Shown: in pieces, positions 27,737-39,295 of the stretch
How positions within the stretch are numbered: the first letter of the stretch is position 1
How the letters are laid out: each line of letters starts with the position of its first letter
Assembly: GCA_023205875.1 (NCBI GenBank)
Contig: CP060755.1
Location: forward strand, 1,054,001 to 1,118,000
From: Chloropicon primus
Taxonomy: Eukaryota
DNA: 64,000 nt
Direction of reading: 5' to 3'
Program-made: the position numbers and the translations under genes
Notes under the pieces: model-generated
Seen by the model: the letters and a program-made list of their open reading frames with translations, nothing else
Databases searched by the model: none
What the model was told of the DNA's origin: nothing

Positions 27737-29695
27737 ATGACCCAACAGGAAGAGGCCGCGGCGGGGAGCGGGCTCGGAAGGAGCACGGTTCAGAGGGTGT
27801 TCAGACTTCTCTTTGACGTGCGGTCCTTCAAATCGAACCGCAAGTTTCCTTTCAACAGGTCGAAGGTCGTTGTCGTTGTGAGCTTCCCTGACACCCTCGA
27901 GGAAGCCATAAACACGGACCCCACCAAGAACCTGAGGATCGGCCAGCTTCGCAGCCGGCCAGCTGTCGAAGTTGCAAGGGGAAGCGAAGTTCTCATACCA
28001 AACAGCTTCTTGGAGGTCAACTTCACGACGACGGCTCTCCGCTTCGCCTCAACCCTCGCGGATGACCCCCACTGCAAGGTCCAGATCTTCCGGGAGGACA
28101 GGTACAGGTCCGACATGCTGCTGGGGGAGGCTCTGGTCCCCCTGCAGCCCTTGCTCACGCAGCCCTGGATAGACGGATACGCCCCCGTCATGGCGATGGA
28201 CAAGAGCTCCAAAAAGACTGGGGCCCAACTGGGCGCGGTAAGGATCGTGGTCGCCGTCGAAGAGGTCGGCGTCCTCTCGGCGGACGAGCAGGCGGCCCTG
28301 CAGTCCGCAGAGAGCTCGCAGGCCCAGCTGAGCGAATTCAGGACGTCGGCCGATGTCAGAGCGGAAGCAAGGGGGAGGGCGGTCCATGCTTCTGACTCGG
28401 AGTCGGAATCCGTGGAGGGAAGAAAGCTGACGCAGAGGGCCTTGTTCGGCACGTCGTACCTGAAACAGATAGAGGATGACATCCAAACGGCGAGCGAGCA
28501 GACGGAAAGAGACCTGCTCCAGGCGAAGCGGGCGGTCGCGGCGGCGTCCCCCCTGGCCAAGCCCGCCCCACCCCCACAAGTTATCAAGCCCTCCACAAGC
28601 GTAGAAGTGGAACAGATCACTCAGACGCAGGAATACGCCTCGGCTTGGGAGTTCGAGGTGTGGAGGTCGGCCGAGGAGGCGAGGTGGCACGCGGAAATGA
28701 AGGAGAAGGAGATCGCCAGGCTCGCGTACATCCAGAAGGAATGGAAGAAGAGAGAAAAGGAGAGGCTCGATGAGATTGGGAGGGCCCAAGAGGAGGTGGA
28801 GTCCCTCCAGAAGAACCTCAAGAAGAGTCTGCTGTCGGTGGAGGAGCGAGAGAAGAAGTTGATCATGGCCGAGGAGGCCCTGTCTCGCAGGAGGAAGGAG
28901 ATCGACCGGGAAGCAGCAACGCGGGCCTTGGAAGCCCAGGCTGCCATCCAGCGCACCAAGGACGAGTACCAGTGCAAGCTTGACATAGAGAAAGCCAAGT
29001 CCGAGCAAATCACGGAGTTGCAGCATTCCACGGAAAACAGGCTGCACCGGATACAGGCCTCCTTCGACAAGCTGGAGAGAGAGTACCAGGAGTACAGGGA
29101 AAAGATGAGGACGACCTCGGAGTCTGAGCTCCAGATGCAGATCTTGAGCCTGCAAAGCGAGCTGCAGAACGTGAGGGAGGACAAGCTCAAGCTGCAGCAC
29201 TCGAGAGTCAAGCAGAAGGACGTGATCTCGAAGCTTCAGAGGGAGCTTCAGTGGGCCCAGTCCATGATCCAGCAGGAGCACACCATCAGCTCGAGCGGCT
29301 CCAAGTACAACGTCCAGGCCAAGCAGCTCAACGAGATTGCTCAGACCGGCCTCAAGGACCTCAAGGAGGATCAGGAACAGCTGAAGATGCTGCGGGAGCA
29401 GGTCATGGAACTGAGGAGGACCAACGGCCCCTCGAAGCCTTCCGAGGCCCACGGCAAGGCGGACGGCGAAGAGGAGAGGGCCGGCACAGGGGAGGCCGCA
29501 AAGGCAGAGGAGGGACCGCAACGGGAGACGTCGTCGTCGTCGCCGTCCAAGGCCGTGGTGGAGGCACAAGTCGAGGAAAAGAATTTCCAGAGGGAGCGAC
29601 TCGAGGAGGAGATGAGCAACCTCCTGCAGAGTGGCATGTACACCGAGACCGACCCAATCATCCTCACCCTTAAAGAAAAGATAAGTCTGCTGTAG
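27737..29695 (+). CDS. CEP120: Centriolar protein CEP120/UNI2-like (one C2 domain + coiled coil), ~652 aa
   Basis: C2 domain (FRLLFDVRSFK...DMLLGEALVPL), TQEYASAWEFEVWRSAEE, long coiled coil, and C-terminal LEEEMSNLLQSGMYTETDPIILTLKEKI characteristic of CEP120. Confidence 0.8.
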   Translation: MTQQEEAAAGSGLGRSTVQRVFRLLFDVRSFKSNRKFPFNRSKVVVVVSFPDTLEEAINTDPTKNLRIGQLRSRPAVEVARGSEVLIPNSFLEVNFTTTALRFASTLADDPHCKVQIFREDRYRSDMLLGEALVPLQPLLTQPWIDGYAPVMAMDKSSKKTGAQLGAVRIVVAVEEVGVLSADEQAALQSAESSQAQLSEFRTSADVRAEARGRAVHASDSESESVEGRKLTQRALFGTSYLKQIEDDIQTASEQTERDLLQAKRAVAAASPLAKPAPPPQVIKPSTSVEVEQITQTQEYASAWEFEVWRSAEEARWHAEMKEKEIARLAYIQKEWKKREKERLDEIGRAQEEVESLQKNLKKSLLSVEEREKKLIMAEEALSRRRKEIDREAATRALEAQAAIQRTKDEYQCKLDIEKAKSEQITELQHSTENRLHRIQASFDKLEREYQEYREKMRTTSESELQMQILSLQSELQNVREDKLKLQHSRVKQKDVISKLQRELQWAQSMIQQEHTISSSGSKYNVQAKQLNEIAQTGLKDLKEDQEQLKMLREQVMELRRTNGPSKPSEAHGKADGEEERAGTGEAAKAEEGPQRETSSSSPSKAVVEAQVEEKNFQRERLEEEMSNLLQSGMYTETDPIILTLKEKISLL

Positions 29696-29762
29696 TAGTA
29701 ATGGAGGAGGACAGCTGTTCCCTTTTCAAAGATCAAAAAAACATGTGATTTTTTTTTATCCA

Positions 29763-30476
29763 ATGAGAAGAGCGCCTCGAGCCTCGTGGGCCAGCAGGGG
29801 AGCGAGGATGAAGATGAAGGCGACGACGACGACGAGGACGACGAGGAGAACGACTCGAGGCCTCGGGGGGACGGCCTTGCTCACTTCGAGGTTCAGGTGG
29901 TCTGGCACCAGGAGGGCGGACCGCTCGGCTTCCTTGCTTCGCGCGAGGGGAAAGGACGGCGAGGGCCTTCCTCAGGGCTGGCAGGCCTTCGACGATCCAA
30001 AGAGTGGGAAGAAGTACTACTACAACGAGACCACGGACAAGACGCAATGGGAGAAGCCTGGCTCGGAGGTCGGCAGCCCCGGGCGGAGTGAGGAGGAGCT
30101 CGAGTCCATGGAGGCCCGCCTCGGAATAGGGCGAAAGGGCAGGGACCAGCTGAAATCGTCCCAGGCCGCCGTGGCATCGACGCCCGAGGGTAACGACAGC
30201 GCCGTCCGCTCGCCCGGTCGGAGGCAGAGCGAGGCGGACAAGGTCGTGTGGAAGGAGGGCAGCCTGACCCCCGAGGGCTGGGACGAGATGGATGTGCAAA
30301 AGAAAGTCGTGGAGGGCCTTTGGGGCGAGAAGGGGCTCCTGTACTGGTTGAATTACTTGTCCTACAGACTAATCTTCGTCATGATTGGAGGCTGGATACT
30401 CTTCAGGTTCGTTGGGCCGGCTCTGAACATCTACCAGCTGACCAACCCCTTCGATTTGTCGAACGTGCCGCTCTGA
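29763..30476 (+). CDS. WW-domain protein with transit-peptide-like N-terminus and C-terminal TM helix, ~237 aa
   Basis: WW: LPQGWQAFDDPKSGKKYYYNETTDKTQWEKP. Arg/Thr/Ala-rich N-terminus with no acidic residue in the first ~50 aa. Hydrophobic LIFVMIGGWILFRFVG. Confidence 0.75.
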   Translation: MRRAPRASWASRGARMKMKATTTTRTTRRTTRGLGGTALLTSRFRWSGTRRADRSASLLRARGKDGEGLPQGWQAFDDPKSGKKYYYNETTDKTQWEKPGSEVGSPGRSEEELESMEARLGIGRKGRDQLKSSQAAVASTPEGNDSAVRSPGRRQSEADKVVWKEGSLTPEGWDEMDVQKKVVEGLWGEKGLLYWLNYLSYRLIFVMIGGWILFRFVGPALNIYQLTNPFDLSNVPL

Positions 30477-30600
30477 TAGCCCTTCCTTTGGAGCTGGGTT
30501 TCGATAGAGTTGGGGCAGAGGCAAGGATGCAAGTTCGGGCACGCCGTGGCTAATATAATACAAACGCGTTCTCATACAATTACAAAACTTTTGATTTACT

Positions 30601-32118
30601 TCAGTCGCTCAGCGCCGAATAGCCGTGGAACGCCTTCGCCTTCAGCTTGTCTCTCTTGTAGTAGATGTGAAGAAGGAAGTAAAAGAAGAGGCAGACGCTC
30701 CAGGGATAGAGGAGCATCACCAGGAGCGCGTCGCTCAAGGCCTTCGCATCCTTGAGGGACTTGCCGTGGTGGCTGTAAGCGTCTCGCAGAGTCATCCCAA
30801 ACCCGTGCTGGGCGATGTAGCCAACGATAGGTGTTCCAAACGCACCGATGGACCCCTCGAACGACCTGTCAAAGGCATAGATGGCCGTCCGCATCTCGGG
30901 CGGCACGATGTCCGCGAACACGGGGGCATTGCACGCCGAGGCGGACCAGCTCACGCTCAGGCCCATGACAGCGAGGGCCAGTGTGTACCAGGGAACGAGA
31001 TCTATCGCGTTACTCTGGGGGAGACCGCGGAGAAGAAGGATGGACAAGGGAAGGCCCGAGGCCACCGATGTCTGGGCGATCAGGACTCTTCCGGAATCCG
31101 GGAAGAGCTGAGAAGCGATGTCGCCCAATATTCCCCCAAGAAGGTTGCCGCAAGACTGGCCCATTGCGAACACCGCCCTCATCAGGCTGGACTGCCAGTC
31201 AGAGAACCCAAGGAGCTGGAACCACAGCGTCATGTACGATAACGCGTTCCAGGGCACAGTACCGAAAATGCCCTGTGCGATAATGATCCTGAAGCTGGAG
31301 ATGCTCATGACGTGCCATATGGTGCGGAAGTACTCTTTCAGCCTCCCCCGCGTCCCTTGAGGACTGGGCCGTTTCTCCACACTCGGATCGTGACCGAAGA
31401 TCATCACCAAAAAACCCAACAAAATGCTTACTATTCCCGTGGAGTGGAAGACAAACCTCCAGCCGGACCGCCCCATGATCACTTTGCCGCCCAGGTTTGT
31501 GGCGTAAATTCCACCGAGCACCCCGCCCAAGGCGGAAACGAAGCCCATGAAACCAAAGCTGGCCCCCCTCACCTCCGCCGGGTAATAGTCTGCAAGGACT
31601 GACTGGACGCTCGGTATCACGACAGCCAGACCGCAGCCGTTGATGGCAGAAAATACCAGAGCCATCTCAAAGCTCGTGGCTGAGCCCACGACGAAGGTGC
31701 AGATGCCCCACAGGATGCACCCCCCACCGATTATGTTCATCCTCGGGACAAAAGTGCTCAGGTACCCCGCGAACGGCGAGGTGAAAGCCTGGACGAGGGC
31801 CCGAGACAGGGTCAGGAGGCCCAGCTGCGACGGCGACAGGCCGAAGGTCGCACCGATGCTTGGATTGAACAAGGAGGAGGGAACACGCAAAGTCAGAGAA
31901 ACTGGAAAAGCAGGCACACACGTGCACACAATCACAATCAATATTGGTGGTCTAGCCGAGGCAGCACAGACTTACTGCATGAAGAGCGACGGGGTTATCT
32001 GCTCGTCCGCGACCTCGGCGAAGGTTGCCAAGCTCACCAGAGCGGTCGTGACCACCCGCCTCCGACCCTCAACGCCCTTGGAGCTCGCGCTGCGGCGCGC
32101 GGGTGCTCCTTCCCCCAT
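30601..32118 (-). CDS. Major facilitator superfamily transporter (Spinster-like); exons 32118-31976 and 31858-30601, ~466 aa
   Basis: About 12 TM segments; ADEQITPSLF, SPSQLGLLTL, SVLADYYPAEVRG, AIYAFDRSFE. Intron CA|GTAAGT...CCAAG|. Confidence 0.88.
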
Positions 32119-32309
32119 CGTTGTGCTCAACTGCGACAGAAGCTCTGCCAGTTTTGAATAACAGGAAGGAGAGGGTGATCCGAGGAGGAGAGGGAAGAGG
32201 CAAAGGGGAGCGGAGGAAGGAAGAGGGAAGAGGCAAAATGGGAACAAGTTCTTCAATAAGACCGAAAATCCGAAGAAGAAAAAATCGGGTTTTATTTTCA
32301 CCTCTCCAT

Positions 32310-33260
<951 letters not shown>

Positions 33261-33428
33261 ACTCGCGAAAGTTTTCCAAGTGTTCGCTCGTGTTGTTTTG
33301 CACGACCTGTTTAGGAAAAGTTGTTTCACTGTCCTCCTCGTTTGTCCTTGCTGGTGTGTTGCCCTCGCAAAGCTCAAACACGACGCGACTCCTGCTCTGA
33401 TCATCCTCTCCTCCTGGCTGGGCTCCTC

Positions 33429-33459
<31 letters not shown>

Positions 33460-33480
33460 CGGGGAGCGCAAAGAAAGAGG

Positions 33481-36400
33481 ATGGTGTCGGCCAGGGAGAG
33501 GGGGGGCCGGAAGAGGCAGAGAGGGTGGAGCGTGGGGGGGAAAGGAGGGAGAGACGATAACGAGAAGAGGGAGGAGGAGCTCAAGGATGCGATAACGAAG
33601 TTAGAGAGGTTCGGAGAGAACCATGGCGTGGGACAAGGGAGTGGGAGTGGGAGGAAGCGGAAGGGGAAGGCTGGAGGTGGCCACAAGTCGGAAGGACTGA
33701 GCGTCGAGGCGTTGTGGGAACTGGCTTGCGACAGCCAGGCGGCGCGGTCGACGTCGGGGAGCATGAGCAGGAAGGCGGAGATTTCCGAGTGCGGGAGGGG
33801 AGTGAATCTGAAGATAGGGGACAGGAAGGTTTCGTCGCCGTTTTGCGTCTGCACTTACAGCAAGTCCAACCAAAGCAAACGGAAGGGTTTGTGGAAGAAG
33901 GACCAGGACCTGCTGCTTCAGGTGGGGGAGAACCCCGCGTTCTACGAGAGGAGAATCGCCTCGCAGGCTGCGACGGGAGAGAGCAGCAAGCGGCAGGAAG
34001 CCCAGGCATTAGCGACTGCTACGAAGACGACGAAACTCTGGCCTGCGGGGCTGCGAAACCTCGGAGCGACGTGCTACGCGAACAGCGTCCTGCAATGCCT
34101 CTTCAACGTGCACGACTTGCGGAGAATGCTGCTGATGATCTCGCTGGGGAGGAAGGGGAGCAAAAAGTCGATGGACTGCGACGGGGGGACGGACATACCC
34201 GAGGAGCTCCTCATCGTGGATGGGCTGCACAAGCTCTTTGCGGAGATGCAGTTCGGTCCCGTGGCTGTGGTGAATCCCGAGCACTTTCTGACGCAGGTCC
34301 TCCAATTGAACAAGGGCGTTCAGCAAGACTGCCAGGAATTTTGGACCCTACTACACTATTCCCTGGACGCCGGGCTTCAAAGAATAGAGGACAAGTCGTT
34401 CCACTCGCTGATGAACTCGAATTTTGTGGGCCAAACGTCCTACAAGACGGTGTGCAAGAATTGCAAGCAGCAGTCGGCTTCGTCGAAAATACTGCACGAC
34501 TTTCAGGTTCTGGAGCTGGAGGTGAAGGAGAACGGAAAGAAGAACGTCCAGGCCTCCCTCGAGAGCAGTTTGGAGACTTACTTGGCGGAGGAGATGTTAG
34601 AAGGGGACAACAAGTACTTTTGCGAAAACTGTGACTCGCGGCAGAACGCCGCCAGGCGGACTGAGATCAACCACCTGCCAACGCACCTTATATTGCAGCT
34701 CAAGCGCTTCAGGTACGACTTGAAGACCTTCGAGAGGAAGAAGATCAAGGCGAACTTCAGCTTTCCCCTTTCCGTGAACATGGACCCGTACCTGACGAAG
34801 GAGAGGGGCCGCAAATCCTCCAAGGCAGCCAAAGAGGAGTCAGTGTACGACATTGAGTCCATCATCCTTCACAAAGGAAAGAGTGCTGCCCAAGGTCATT
34901 ACATCTCCCTCGTCAAGAGAGAGGAGGACCAGCTCTGGTGGCAGTTTGATGACCAGAACGTGACTTGCGTTGGGCCTGACCTCACCAAATTGAACAACTT
35001 CGTGAAGGACGAGGCGAAGGAAGATAGCTTGATGTCAACGCAGGTGTATATTATTGTGTATAAAAGCCGGAAGTCCAGCCAACCAAGGCCACAGGACGTC
35101 ACCATGGACATTTTGCCGCCGACATCCAAGCAGCAGATTTCATCCATCCTCGACTCGTTCAGGGAGTCGAAGGAGAGCTACCAGGTGAAGAGGGATTTGT
35201 TTCTGAACAAGTTGCACCTGAAGAGGGAGCAGGTGGAGAAGTTCTTCGAATTGGCGAGCGACTCTTACGACGCCAGCCTGGCGTATTGCGTGAGTACCGA
35301 GAGCCTTGGAAACTGGGCTACCACGCTCAAGGGTTGCGAAGCCATAGACATGAAACCATTCAAGTGCAGGCACGGTCACATTGATCCCAAAAGGATCAAC
35401 GAGCTTAAAGTACTCAGCCCAGCGTGTTTTCAGCTTCTGAATGAGAACGTTCCGATCAATCCGGTGTTGTCTGCTGACATGCTCTGCGTGAGTTGCTTGA
35501 AGGAGTTGTTTCAAAAGGAACTGACTGAGCTGGAAATGGAAAGGAGAAATTTTGACATGCTCTTGGAATACACGGGGCAAGGCGCCGAGGGCTCGGAGAG
35601 CCATCTGCGCGTGCTTCAGGTGAACGGGTCGTCGGGGGAAAACTTTTACATTTCAAAGCGATGGTTTCAGCGGTGGCTGCGGGGTACGAATTTTCAGGAC
35701 ACGATGCAGACATCGCCAACGGAGGACTTGGTCTGCCAGTGTGGCACGGGGATCTCGCCGGATCCCAGGGCCCATCGGGATCTCATAGAAATTTCTGGTG
35801 CGCTCTGGCGGTATTTTGCGGACACTTGTGCTTATTTCAACACTCCAGCTCCAGACATCAACGGGGGCAAGGGCATCTGCGACGTTTGCTCCAACACCTT
35901 GCTGCCGATGAGGTACATGACGTCCAATAAATCGATTGCTAAGGCGGAGAAAAAAGTGGTCGAAGTCATGAAAGACATCACTACGAGGAGCCCTCTTATC
36001 CTGAAGTCCCGAGATGCATACTGTCTTGTTCCCATCAAGTGGTTCTACCAATGGAAGAAACTGCTGGCAGAGGAAGCCTCGGCGCAGACTCTGATAGAAA
36101 GCATATCAAGCTGTTTGAACGAGGTTAAAGCGCTTGTTTCCAAGGAGGGGAAGCACTCGTGGAAGGAGCCGTTTGTGGCGTTCGCAAAAGCGCAGCTGAG
36201 GAGAAATTCGTGGCACCAGTCGTTGCACGACAGCAATGTTCTCATTCTGACTGCCTCGGTGTGGAAAGTTCTGAGAAACATTGCAGGCACCCGAGACAAC
36301 TCGGAGATTGAGCTTCACTTGATCACGCAGAAAGACCTGCCACCGAAAATTGCCACCGAGCCAAACCTTTCCGCGGCTCGTGTGATGGATGACACCAGGG

Positions 36401-36738
36401 CGAACGGAGCCGGGGCCGAGCTGAACCTTTGGGTGTACGGAACATTTGAAGGCGAGGGAACGGCCCCATCCTCCAAGCGAGCCATTGAAGTCAGCGTCAG
36501 CAGCTCGAAGACTATTGCGGAGCTGAAACACGTCATCGAGAGCGGCAAGCCAAAACCCAGGGGCAGCATAACTGGCCTTTTCCACTGCCAAAACGAGCTG
36601 GAGGATAAGGGAACGTTGTTGTCCTCTTACCTGTTGCAAGGAGATGTGCTTTATTTTGAGACCTCGAAGGACGGAGAGACGTCATCCGAGGATGGCCAGG
36701 AAGAGAAAAACTTTAGCGGGACTCGGTTGATGTGCTAG
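33481..36738 (+). CDS. UBP26: Ubiquitin-specific protease UBP26/USP48-like
   Basis: Cys box GLRNLGATCYANSVLQ, QQDCQEF, His box HKGKSAAQGHY, WWQFDD, DUSP-like repeats, Ubl domain and terminal EEKNFSGTRL. Confidence 0.88.
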   Translation: MVSARERGGRKRQRGWSVGGKGGRDDNEKREEELKDAITKLERFGENHGVGQGSGSGRKRKGKAGGGHKSEGLSVEALWELACDSQAARSTSGSMSRKAEISECGRGVNLKIGDRKVSSPFCVCTYSKSNQSKRKGLWKKDQDLLLQVGENPAFYERRIASQAATGESSKRQEAQALATATKTTKLWPAGLRNLGATCYANSVLQCLFNVHDLRRMLLMISLGRKGSKKSMDCDGGTDIPEELLIVDGLHKLFAEMQFGPVAVVNPEHFLTQVLQLNKGVQQDCQEFWTLLHYSLDAGLQRIEDKSFHSLMNSNFVGQTSYKTVCKNCKQQSASSKILHDFQVLELEVKENGKKNVQASLESSLETYLAEEMLEGDNKYFCENCDSRQNAARRTEINHLPTHLILQLKRFRYDLKTFERKKIKANFSFPLSVNMDPYLTKERGRKSSKAAKEESVYDIESIILHKGKSAAQGHYISLVKREEDQLWWQFDDQNVTCVGPDLTKLNNFVKDEAKEDSLMSTQVYIIVYKSRKSSQPRPQDVTMDILPPTSKQQISSILDSFRESKESYQVKRDLFLNKLHLKREQVEKFFELASDSYDASLAYCVSTESLGNWATTLKGCEAIDMKPFKCRHGHIDPKRINELKVLSPACFQLLNENVPINPVLSADMLCVSCLKELFQKELTELEMERRNFDMLLEYTGQGAEGSESHLRVLQVNGSSGENFYISKRWFQRWLRGTNFQDTMQTSPTEDLVCQCGTGISPDPRAHRDLIEISGALWRYFADTCAYFNTPAPDINGGKGICDVCSNTLLPMRYMTSNKSIAKAEKKVVEVMKDITTRSPLILKSRDAYCLVPIKWFYQWKKLLAEEASAQTLIESISSCLNEVKALVSKEGKHSWKEPFVAFAKAQLRRNSWHQSLHDSNVLILTASVWKVLRNIAGTRDNSEIELHLITQKDLPPKIATEPNLSAARVMDDTRANGAGAELNLWVYGTFEGEGTAPSSKRAIEVSVSSSKTIAELKHVIESGKPKPRGSITGLFHCQNELEDKGTLLSSYLLQGDVLYFETSKDGETSSEDGQEEKNFSGTRLMC

Positions 36739-36844
36739 GAGGAGGAAAAACGATTAAGGATTAAAGGCTGGGTAAAATGTTATAGAGCATGAACGTTATT
36801 TTTAAGGGCGAATGGGGGGAGAAGCTCGTCCATCATCTTGTGAG

Positions 36845-38791
36845 CTATGAAGGCATGCTTTGATCTGGTGATAGAGCCGATAGATCCACGTGAGACTCGT
36901 GGAAGGACCCGGCAAGGAGGTTTGCCAATTTCGAACTGAACGTCGGTCTGAATAACTCTTCCTCTCTCAGCGTAATTTCCTTTCCTGCCCTCAACTCCTC
37001 TTCAGTTTCATTTCCTTTGCCGCTCGGCTCCTGTATCTTTTCCAGATATTCTTTCTTGAGGGCCCACAGGTGAAGCATCGACACACGCCTGAAGTGAGCT
37101 GTGGTGCTGGACAAGACAACCCTCGAGGCTATAAAGGACATCACTACTGCAACTAACATGAGCCAGATTCCGGGCAACAGGCCGGCTTCAAGGCGCAGGC
37201 ACTCCACGCCAAGCGACGTCTTCAGCGCCTCGCAAGAGTCACCCATCATGCTCGAAGTGACATTTCCGATCTCGAGCATGGCCGCGATGACCGAGACGAA
37301 AAAGACGTCCAACGCAGACCACGTGCCCAGTATCCCAGTGATTCCCTTTGCAACTTCTTTCTGGTGGGTGGTGAAGGGCATTGTCCACAACAAGAGGCAA
37401 GATACCACCTTCAAGATTGGCGTCACGAACGAGAAAGCATAGTACACGACTACCACGAACCACTCTCCGACTTTGTTGTGGAGCGGGAGCCCGTCCAGGA
37501 TGGACGGGATGTAGGTGCCGGCCGTGACCAGGGAGTTTTCGCTCACTTGGTCTTGGGGCGGCAGCAGCATCCCCAGGAGACCAAAGAACTCGAATTTGAA
37601 GGATGGAATGATCAAACTGGCAACAGTGAAACCCAGGGCAGCAAGGATGAGCAGCACGACCATGAACTGGCCACAGGTGTTCAGCTTTCTGTGCCTGAAT
37701 CTCGCGACGGCGCTCAAGGCAAAGTGCTTCTCGCTCTGCGGCAGCTTCATGAACTTAGACTGAGCGTTGTGGTGCACGAACATCATGATGTGACTCAGCA
37801 GGTGCGACCATATGACCGCGATGCAGAAGCTGAAGATGCCCCACTTTGCCTGGATTCCGATCTTGATGACGGCGATCGCCCCGACGTTGAGATTGAACCT
37901 AAAGCCGGCCATCATCAAAGCGAAGACGTACACGTCGATCATGGACCACTTGCCCAGGGCTTCCAGCAGCGCCAGGAGGGTCTCTCTCAAGCTCGGCCTC
38001 ACGGGCACAAACCACAGGACGAACATCGCGGCGAGCTTTATGTAGGGCCAGCCGCCGGAGAGAAACGCGATGAGCACTGCGAGCGCGTAAGCGTGCCCGT
38101 TCCACATGAGGTTCACCGCGTTCGGCATGCTGAAGTTGAAGATGGGGAACTGGACCGAGTTGTCCGTGTAAGAAGAGTCCACGGCCAAGCCTGACTTGTT
38201 CACGGACTTGGAGATGCTCTGCACGATGGCCTCGCCCATGCACCTCATGGGCTGAGACGTGAAGATGCACATGGTGGCCACTCGGCTCAGCGGTATCCAG
38301 TCCTCCCCCGGCGGGAGCTGAAGGGACTGCGAGGCGTTCAGCGCCTCCGAGGCGAGGCTCTCCGCCCCCCTCGGGGGGATGCTCCCCGTGAACTCGATGA
38401 TGTTCTCCGAGGTCTGCGGGATGGTGATGTTGACCATGACGGTCGCGGCGATGGACAAGTTCGACCACAGGAAGAGTCCGGCGCACAGCAGGATGCAAGC
38501 GGGTATACAGACCTGAACCCACAGCCTGGAGTACTTGTACAGCTGGTTCGGCTGCTGGGTCCCCAGCTTCTGCCTCATCTTCTGCGAAGGGCTGAACATG
38601 TACTTGCTCGGGCTCGAGATCCCAGGCATGTCTTGACCGCTCGTCGCTATGTCGTCGTACTGCACCGGCGAGTCCAGGTCGTCCAGCCCCGTCAACCCCT
38701 CCTCCCCGAAGCCCCTCAAGCTGTCGTTCTCGCACGCCTCCCCGCTCATCCGGCCCATCTCCACCTTCTTCGCACCCGTGGTCCCCTTCAT
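36845..38791 (-). CDS. Paraquat-inducible protein A (PqiA/LetA)-like membrane protein with two PqiA repeats, ~648 aa
   Basis: Repeated signature LGKWSMIDVYV and LGTWSALDVFFV, preceded by FLSGGWPYIK and FSFVTPILK. Confidence 0.8.
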   Translation of the reverse strand: MKGTTGAKKVEMGRMSGEACENDSLRGFGEEGLTGLDDLDSPVQYDDIATSGQDMPGISSPSKYMFSPSQKMRQKLGTQQPNQLYKYSRLWVQVCIPACILLCAGLFLWSNLSIAATVMVNITIPQTSENIIEFTGSIPPRGAESLASEALNASQSLQLPPGEDWIPLSRVATMCIFTSQPMRCMGEAIVQSISKSVNKSGLAVDSSYTDNSVQFPIFNFSMPNAVNLMWNGHAYALAVLIAFLSGGWPYIKLAAMFVLWFVPVRPSLRETLLALLEALGKWSMIDVYVFALMMAGFRFNLNVGAIAVIKIGIQAKWGIFSFCIAVIWSHLLSHIMMFVHHNAQSKFMKLPQSEKHFALSAVARFRHRKLNTCGQFMVVLLILAALGFTVASLIIPSFKFEFFGLLGMLLPPQDQVSENSLVTAGTYIPSILDGLPLHNKVGEWFVVVVYYAFSFVTPILKVVSCLLLWTMPFTTHQKEVAKGITGILGTWSALDVFFVSVIAAMLEIGNVTSSMMGDSCEALKTSLGVECLRLEAGLLPGIWLMLVAVVMSFIASRVVLSSTTAHFRRVSMLHLWALKKEYLEKIQEPSGKGNETEEELRAGKEITLREEELFRPTFSSKLANLLAGSFHESHVDLSALSPDQSMPS

Positions 38792-39246
38792 CTCGCAAAG
38801 ACCTAGAGTCCGACCCTCTCCAAAAACAAAAAAAAGAAAAACAAAGCACGCGGGAGAGCGAGAAAACGAAAACACTCGCAAGGAAACGAGCAACCTGCCG
38901 CGGACCGGAACCCCTTCCAGTCGAAACGCTGTCCCGTGCACGGCGCCGGAGGTCAACGTCGTCGCAAACGTCAACGCTTCTGTTACTAATATTTTCTCTC
39001 TTCGGGGATTTTTTCCTTTTTTGTCATGGAGACTCGACAAGGGTGTAAACGAGATCTCCTCCCTGCCCTGCAGGATCGACGGTTGAGAGCCTCTCTCTCT
39101 CTAACTCTGCAGGAGGAGGAGTGTGTGCGTGTGTGTGTGTGTTTTGCCCGGTCCCGTTGTGGCCGCGACCTTGCGTGCGTTGCCCTGATCCGAGCACTTG
39201 ACCCGACGCCGCGTCTTGCGGGTGAGGGAGGATGAACGAGCTTTAG

Positions 39247-39288
39247 GACCAGATTGTTTGGATTTGTGACCAGATTGTTTGGATTTGT
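39247..39288. repeat. Perfect 21-bp tandem duplication GACCAGATTGTTTGGATTTGT x2, just upstream of the GNAT ATG
   Basis: Read directly. Confidence 0.95.
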
Positions 39289-39295
39289 GAACAGG

